DNA from: Alphaproteobacteria bacterium
GTDB taxonomy: Bacteria > Pseudomonadota > Alphaproteobacteria > Rs-D84
NCBI GenBank assembly: GCA_009782315.1
Contig: WRJH01000002.1
Coordinates: forward strand, 1 to 48,555
Direction: 5' to 3'
DNA: 48,555 nt
Below the pieces are notes generated by a model that saw nothing but the letters and a program-made list of their open reading frames with translations, ran no database searches and was not told the origin of the DNA. This document shows, one piece after another, positions 43,510 through 48,555 of the stretch (position 1 is the first letter of the stretch; every line of letters starts with the position of its first letter). The translations under genes were made by a program, and so were the position numbers.

Positions 43510-43932
43510 TGCGCGCACGCGCAATCCCTGCCGCCGGCGACCATCACAATGTTCGCGACCAGCGCGGATTGGGAGGCAATCACCGGCATGCGCATGTCCG
43601 AATACCGCGTGACTTTCGGCCGCGACAGGTCCGTATCGACAATTGGAACGGAACTGTATTTTCTGGACGCGTTTCCTTGTTTCGGCCAGGCCGAGGCCGC
43701 GCGCGCATGGGTCGCCCCCGCGACATCGTTCCAGATGGACAACGACGCGCGCATGCGCATCGTGTGCGTGTATCCGCCGAAAGAATTACAGTTCGCTTTC
43801 CGCGAAGTGCGGCGCGACGCAGTTCAGGGCGTAACCACGGGAATCGCCGTATGTCCGGCAGCGCACAGCGGACGGAATTTGACCGTGCGCCTGAACGAAT
43901 GCGAAAGAACAGACTGGAATGACATCAAATAA
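43429..43932 (+). CDS. Small exported protein, unknown function
   Basis: ORF 43414-43932. The preferred start is ATG 43429 (RBS GGAGA 8 nt upstream). Signal peptide ..FFKNIYLCSMLYALCSICAHA/QS. It overlaps the rluD start by 14 nt. Confidence 0.55.
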   Translation: MMTLKNKSMKFFKNIYLCSMLYALCSICAHAQSLPPATITMFATSADWEAITGMRMSEYRVTFGRDRSVSTIGTELYFLDAFPCFGQAEAARAWVAPATSFQMDNDARMRIVCVYPPKELQFAFREVRRDAVQGVTTGIAVCPAAHSGRNLTVRLNECERTDWNDIK

Positions 43933-44887
43933 TAAATTTATTTTTATCGTTGAAGACGGGGATGCGGGAATTCGCGTCGACAAGTTTGTCGCGTCCAAAA
44001 TTCCGGAATATTCGCGGTCGGAGATTCAGAAATTCCAAATCACGAAAAACGGCAATGAAATAAAACTTTCCGATAAAGTAAAAGTCGGCGAAGAATACGA
44101 AGTAATTATTCCAGAAAAAAAACCGGTAAACGTTAAACGGAAAACGGTAAACGAAACGATGTCGTTAGACATCGTTTATGAAGACGCCGACATCATCGTA
44201 ATAAACAAGCCGCGCGGAATAGCCATGTATCCCGGCGCCGGACGCGAAGATGGAACATTGGTCCAGGCGGTCCTTGCGCACACAGAATTGTCGTCCATCG
44301 GTGCGGACGGAATGCGCCCCGGCGTCGTGCACCGTCTGGACAAAGATACCAGCGGCGTTATAGTTTTTGCAAAAACCGACGCGGCGCACCGCGTGCTGTC
44401 CCATGTTTTCTCCGAACACAATCTGGTGCGGAAATACATCGCGTTCGTATGGGGCGTTCCGAACTGGCTGGGTGCCGACATATCCGGAAACATCGGACGG
44501 TCGACGCGCAACAGACAAAAAATGACAATGCTGAAAACCGGCGGCAAGCCGGCGAAGACACACGCCGAAGTCATCAACGTCTGGCCGCGGACCGGAATTT
44601 CGGAATTGCGGTGCACTTTGGAAACCGGGCGGACGCACCAGATTCGCGTGCATTTGTCGGCGCACGGTTTTCCGGTTTTATGCGACCCGATTTACGGTCG
44701 CGGACAGACAAGGCTGGGCAGCGTCAAGAACCCGGAATTGTTGGAATTTATCCGGGCGGGCGGCGGCCAGATGCTGCACGCCGAAGTCTTGGAACTTTCC
44801 CATCCGATTACGGGCGAAATGTTGAAATTCAAGGCGAAACTTCCCGACGATATGCGTGAATTGAAAGAGATTTTGAATGATATGTAG
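43919..44887 (+). CDS. rluD: 23S rRNA pseudouridine synthase RluD (RluA family)
   Basis: 322 aa. S4 domain; catalytic HRLDKDTSGVIVFAKT; GRTHQIRVHL. Confidence 0.9.
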   Translation: MTSNNKFIFIVEDGDAGIRVDKFVASKIPEYSRSEIQKFQITKNGNEIKLSDKVKVGEEYEVIIPEKKPVNVKRKTVNETMSLDIVYEDADIIVINKPRGIAMYPGAGREDGTLVQAVLAHTELSSIGADGMRPGVVHRLDKDTSGVIVFAKTDAAHRVLSHVFSEHNLVRKYIAFVWGVPNWLGADISGNIGRSTRNRQKMTMLKTGGKPAKTHAEVINVWPRTGISELRCTLETGRTHQIRVHLSAHGFPVLCDPIYGRGQTRLGSVKNPELLEFIRAGGGQMLHAEVLELSHPITGEMLKFKAKLPDDMRELKEILNDM

Positions 44888-45108
44888 GGGCTTTCCTGCC
44901 CCCGCCGGGTCCCGGCGCAATCAAAGATTGCGCGGGGTGGCTTTGCGGGGCGGGATAGAACTTGTTAGCACAAAGTGCGTTACAAGTTCTTGGGTGGGGG
45001 GAATTATTGGCTACCCCCACCCAAGAAAATCTAACTCGTTTCACTCGTAAGATTTTCTATCCCGCCCCGCAAGGGGGCAGGAACGTGTCCGCAAGGGGGC
45101 GCCCCTAC
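44884..45108. repeat. 225-bp GTAG-ended multi-hairpin palindromic element
   Basis: Outer pairs: GTAGGGGC/GCCCCTAC, TTCCTGCCCC/GGGGCAGGAA, GCGGGGCGGGATAGAA/TTCTATCCCGCCCCGC, CTTGGGTGGGGG/CCCCCACCCAAG. There are three local hairpins (GCGCAATC-AAA-GATTGCGC, CTTGT..ACAAG, GAAAATCT..AGATTTTC). Confidence 0.65.
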
Positions 45109-45176
45109 AAGTCCCACTTTTTGCTTTTATATTTTGCCACTATATGATAAAATAAGATGAAAAGAAGAGGGAAAAT

Positions 45177-48100
45177 ATGTCAAAAGTTTCCAAAAAACTT
45201 GTTGTTTTTGCGACGCTTGCGTTTGGGCTTTGCGGCATTGCCGCGGCGCAGCTGGTCGGACCAAATCCGAACCCGACCGCGCGGCCGGCCGTTGTCGCCG
45301 CGAATGTCGGCACGATTCAAGACCGCGGGCCGTCAATGCGCCAGCTGCGGCCGCTGACCACCACGGGCACAACGGGCACCAATACCCCGGGCGAATACAA
45401 CGGAACATGCGACAATCCCGTGCCGGAACAATTGGATGCTCTGCGCTGCACCATGCGCTATATGTCGTGCCTGAAAATGGAAATGGTCTGCGGTGAAAAT
45501 TTCGAATTGTGCGACACCGAAGAAAGATTCAAAGCCGGACGCATGTATTGCGAATCCGAACTGGTCAGATGTCCGGCGGACGTCATAAACCACATGTTCG
45601 GACTGGACGGCACCGACGGATATGCAAAAGTTTCATGGACCGACGACAACGCGTCTGCCAACCGCGCGCTTTGTGACGGAGAATGGAAAGTCGTTCGGCG
45701 CAGCCTTTTGCGCGGCGGCACAACGATACAGCTTTCCGATATCAAGCTGCGCTTTAGCACCAACGACGGTGCGAACCAGAAAAGCGCATTGGGCCGTGAA
45801 ATCTGGGCCGGCGCGCTGTGGGCGGCCAGTCATGCGGTCACAACATGCGAACGCGTCGCGAACGCGTGCCTGACCCGCGCATGCCAGGACAGTCCGCATA
45901 AATGCCTTGACATTGACCGCACGACCATGCAGCTGGATTCTGTAAACAACATACTGAACGACGCCCTGGAGAAATTGCCAGTGGGCGGCAGCGCCACAAA
46001 TCCGACCAACCTGGCGCGGCTGGGGATACGCAACGCGCTGTCCGAATTACAGGCGCTTTCCGACCCGACGTCGGTGTTCTTTGACAACCAACGGGGTTCT
46101 GTGGATGTCGACCAGACATTGGTAAAGAATTACGCGAACAACATGTTGTTGGACGCAACGGCCGTGAACAAATATTTAGAGGCGGAATGCAAAATTGAAA
46201 TCGGTTCCAACCGGTTCTGCTATATGACCGTGAATCCGTCGAACGGCGTGAATATCATGAACCAGCTGGACATAACCGACCCGTTGGAACAATACATGAC
46301 GTACCAACAGGTGATGAGCGGCACGATGAACCGCAAAAACTGGGTCCAGACGCAGGCCATAGAATGGCTGGCCGCGGCGGTCGCCAGTTCGTACGCGCGC
46401 TGTACTATGGCGACGGAAACATGCATAAAAGATTCTTGCGGCCGCGGGTCTATGGCCATGTGTTATGGAATGGCGCGCGATGCCCAGGGTCAGGTTAAAT
46501 TATGGACGGGCGCCAGCAACGAACTGATAGAAACTTTCTGCAAACCGCAAATCAACGACAACCAGTATTGCCGGAATCTGGCGCCAAACAACGGCAGCCT
46601 GTGGCCGACCATATGGAACACAAGCGATGGCAAGGGTTTGGCGTTGCGGCTTTCAACCCGGTTGCAAAGCACTTTCTCGCAGACCGGATTGAACAAAATG
46701 GAACAGACGTGCCAAAACGCCGCAAAGCAATGCGTGCGACGCGAATGCGGGGACGATTTTACCGGATGCCTGATACGCGGCGTGGATGAAAACAGCGGCC
46801 GGAACCAGGGCGTGTTCGGCACAAACAATGTGATTTCGGGCGTTCGCGCCGGCGGATTTTCCCGCGAAATGGCCCAGGGACTTTGCATAGGCACGGTTAA
46901 AAACATCCAGATGTGCCGCGATTGGTTCGATTTGAACTATGCATTGAAAGCGGACGGATGGGTAGGACCGGAAGGAGATAGCTCTGGCGTTTATAATTGG
47001 AGCAGCTTTAACTGGGATTCTTTGAATTCGGCAAAGGCCGGGGAATCGGCGCGCGACGCGTGGGCCGGCATGTGCACTTCGGCCGTGACGTATTTCAGGG
47101 ACGTTACCGTGGAACTTGAACAAGACGAGGATGGCAAGTATACCGGGAATTATACCACCACGCCGAACGACGAATTGTCGATGCAATCGTCGGACAATGC
47201 GAATTGCGCGTTGAACGAAAAGGCGATATTCAACAACCTTATCGACGAAGTCGCGATGGAGGCACAGCAGAGATTGGTGTACCAGGCGAACGCCGCAAAG
47301 AACGCGTGCGAAGCGCGCAACCGCGTTGCCGCCGCCCAGGATAATTTTATGTGGGCCGCTGTGGATTCAAGTTTTGATGATTGGGGTACCTATGCCGTAA
47401 AGGGGCTTGCCACGGATAAAGTAGAACGGACGGCGTATGTGTGGGGCGGGTTCTGCGCGGTGCGCGTGTCAATGGTTGCGACGAATACCACGTTGGAAAA
47501 GCACTTTACGAATAACACCCGGTATTTCTCTGTGGGCGATACGATTATGTGCGGTTCATGGCTGACCGATTCCGATATGAAGGCAATTATAAAGACGCTT
47601 GAAAGTGAGGTAAAGAAACCGGGAACCAATGTTCAGACCGCCGCATGGACCGGCGCGATTATCGCCGCAGTTGGCGGGAATATGGCGCATAATTCGATAA
47701 TGAACACCATGGAAAAGAATAAAACAAATGATCAAATGGTATGCGATGTTAAAAATGCAGGTTGCAATAAGTGCACAGATAGTACTAAAGCACACGTGGT
47801 GGTTGAACTTAATGATAAAAAAATAACTGTTAGTGGATGTAAAACCGAAGACGAAGCCGAAGACGAAGCCGACGACATAACTAAATTTAGTGTCGCTAAT
47901 TATAGCGATACTAAAGTATGTGAAGCACAAGTTAAAAGTTTTAAAGAAAGTAAAACGTGTGTAGAATCTGCGTCTTTGAAAGAGCGCGGCCTGATTGGTT
48001 TTAACGATGGCAGGGGCGGGTTTGCATGGGGTAATCTCGCAACCACGGTCGGTTCCGGTGTGATAGGTTATATGGCGACAAAGAGAATAGCGGAAGAACG

Positions 48101-48233
48101 TCGCGATGCGTTGCACCGTGAACGCAAAGACGCGGCCGTTGCGGAATTCATGGATTCCATAGGTTCCGAAATCCATTGCATAGTGGGCGGAAAGAACGCC
48201 GGCCGATTCGGCGATTTGATAGAAATCAAATAA
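45177..48233 (+). CDS. Large cysteine-rich exported protein with C-terminal hydrophobic segments (1018 aa), unknown function
   Basis: RBS GAAGAGGGAAAAT-ATG. Signal peptide MSKVSKKLVVFATLAFGLCGIAAA/Q. About 39 Cys, including four C-x6-C-x4/6-C-x6/7-C modules. Two hydrophobic stretches lie near the C-terminus. Confidence 0.7.
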   Translation: MSKVSKKLVVFATLAFGLCGIAAAQLVGPNPNPTARPAVVAANVGTIQDRGPSMRQLRPLTTTGTTGTNTPGEYNGTCDNPVPEQLDALRCTMRYMSCLKMEMVCGENFELCDTEERFKAGRMYCESELVRCPADVINHMFGLDGTDGYAKVSWTDDNASANRALCDGEWKVVRRSLLRGGTTIQLSDIKLRFSTNDGANQKSALGREIWAGALWAASHAVTTCERVANACLTRACQDSPHKCLDIDRTTMQLDSVNNILNDALEKLPVGGSATNPTNLARLGIRNALSELQALSDPTSVFFDNQRGSVDVDQTLVKNYANNMLLDATAVNKYLEAECKIEIGSNRFCYMTVNPSNGVNIMNQLDITDPLEQYMTYQQVMSGTMNRKNWVQTQAIEWLAAAVASSYARCTMATETCIKDSCGRGSMAMCYGMARDAQGQVKLWTGASNELIETFCKPQINDNQYCRNLAPNNGSLWPTIWNTSDGKGLALRLSTRLQSTFSQTGLNKMEQTCQNAAKQCVRRECGDDFTGCLIRGVDENSGRNQGVFGTNNVISGVRAGGFSREMAQGLCIGTVKNIQMCRDWFDLNYALKADGWVGPEGDSSGVYNWSSFNWDSLNSAKAGESARDAWAGMCTSAVTYFRDVTVELEQDEDGKYTGNYTTTPNDELSMQSSDNANCALNEKAIFNNLIDEVAMEAQQRLVYQANAAKNACEARNRVAAAQDNFMWAAVDSSFDDWGTYAVKGLATDKVERTAYVWGGFCAVRVSMVATNTTLEKHFTNNTRYFSVGDTIMCGSWLTDSDMKAIIKTLESEVKKPGTNVQTAAWTGAIIAAVGGNMAHNSIMNTMEKNKTNDQMVCDVKNAGCNKCTDSTKAHVVVELNDKKITVSGCKTEDEAEDEADDITKFSVANYSDTKVCEAQVKSFKESKTCVESASLKERGLIGFNDGRGGFAWGNLATTVGSGVIGYMATKRIAEERRDALHRERKDAAVAEFMDSIGSEIHCIVGGKNAGRFGDLIEIK

Positions 48234-48236
48234 AGC

Positions 48237-48268
48237 AAAACCCCCGGCGAAAGCCGGGGGTTTGTTTT
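48237..48268 (+). terminator. Intrinsic terminator after the Cys-rich gene
   Basis: AAAACCCCCGGC-GAAA-GCCGGGGGTTTGTTTT. Confidence 0.8.
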
Positions 48269-48269
48269 A

Positions 48270-48555
48270 TGCCGTTATGCACCACCCGTCATTGCGAGGA
48301 ATGTTTGTCTGATGCGCAAGCGTCTGCAAACATGACGAAGCAATCCAGTCAAATAGAGTGCGCCAGCAAAGCTGGCGCGTCAAATCACTGGATTGCTGCG
48401 TCGCGGTCGCCGGCGTTTCACGCCGGACTCGCACTCCTCGCAATGACGGCTATATATAAATGCGCTTGTATGACAAACACTCCTCGCAATGACAGGATGG
48501 GTGTAATTTGACGCTATGATGACTTTCCCGCAATGATGATTATAGAGTGCGCCAG
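48270..48555. repeat. Cluster of CATTGCGAGG / CCTCGCAATGAC REP-like units, runs off the window
   Basis: GTCATTGCGAGG (about 48287), CCTCGCAATGACGG (about 48447), CCTCGCAATGACAGG (about 48491), CCCGCAATGATG (about 48528). ATAGAGTGCGCCAG is repeated at about 48352 and 48542. Confidence 0.6.

Noticed and set aside
48176-48511. 111-aa plus-strand ORF after the Cys-rich gene
   Set aside because: It spans the terminator and the CATTGCGAGG repeat cluster. It is most likely translated repeat DNA.

Overview
The window looks like a chromosomal segment from a moderately GC-rich alphaproteobacterium. Supporting this are an alpha-type SspB, a DUF4167 protein, RpoH, and the lptG-lptD-surA-like and yfgM-like/bamB-like arrangements. 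Most of it is housekeeping: recF, sspB, accBC, yidD-rnpA, pnp, ybaB, rlmN, nusA-infB, rsmE, rpoH, der, rluD, and tRNA-Cys and tRNA-Val. There are no rRNA genes, CRISPR arrays, transposases or integrases.

Accessory content:
- a TolC/MacA-like pair
- an AT-richer islet with a class II Fic gene
- an orphan VirD4/TraG coupling ATPase
- an operon of three large type IV pilin-like paralogs, a ZitP-like zinc-ribbon/DUF3426 protein and a small exported protein
- a 1018-aa cysteine-rich exported protein

The most unusual signal is not a gene. More than 25 loci carry tandem arrays with a strict 7-nt period, for example GGCATAR, GAGCATA, GGTAATA, CGTRAGG and AACGGAA.
- They usually occur as inverted pairs around gene junctions.
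- Some are inserted in frame into conserved enzymes.
- Some encode the hydrophobic core of at least seven signal peptides (an eighth case, pilin-like paralog C, is only a possible N-terminal extension).

Other findings:
- both tRNA genes are preceded by a disrupted copy broken at the same T-loop position
- a 140-bp element occurs twice with compensatory stem changes
- a promoter-leader-terminator switch lies upstream of a small ORF
- GTAG-headed REP-like palindromes are present

All calls rest on reading the sequence and on remembered family motifs. No searches were run.
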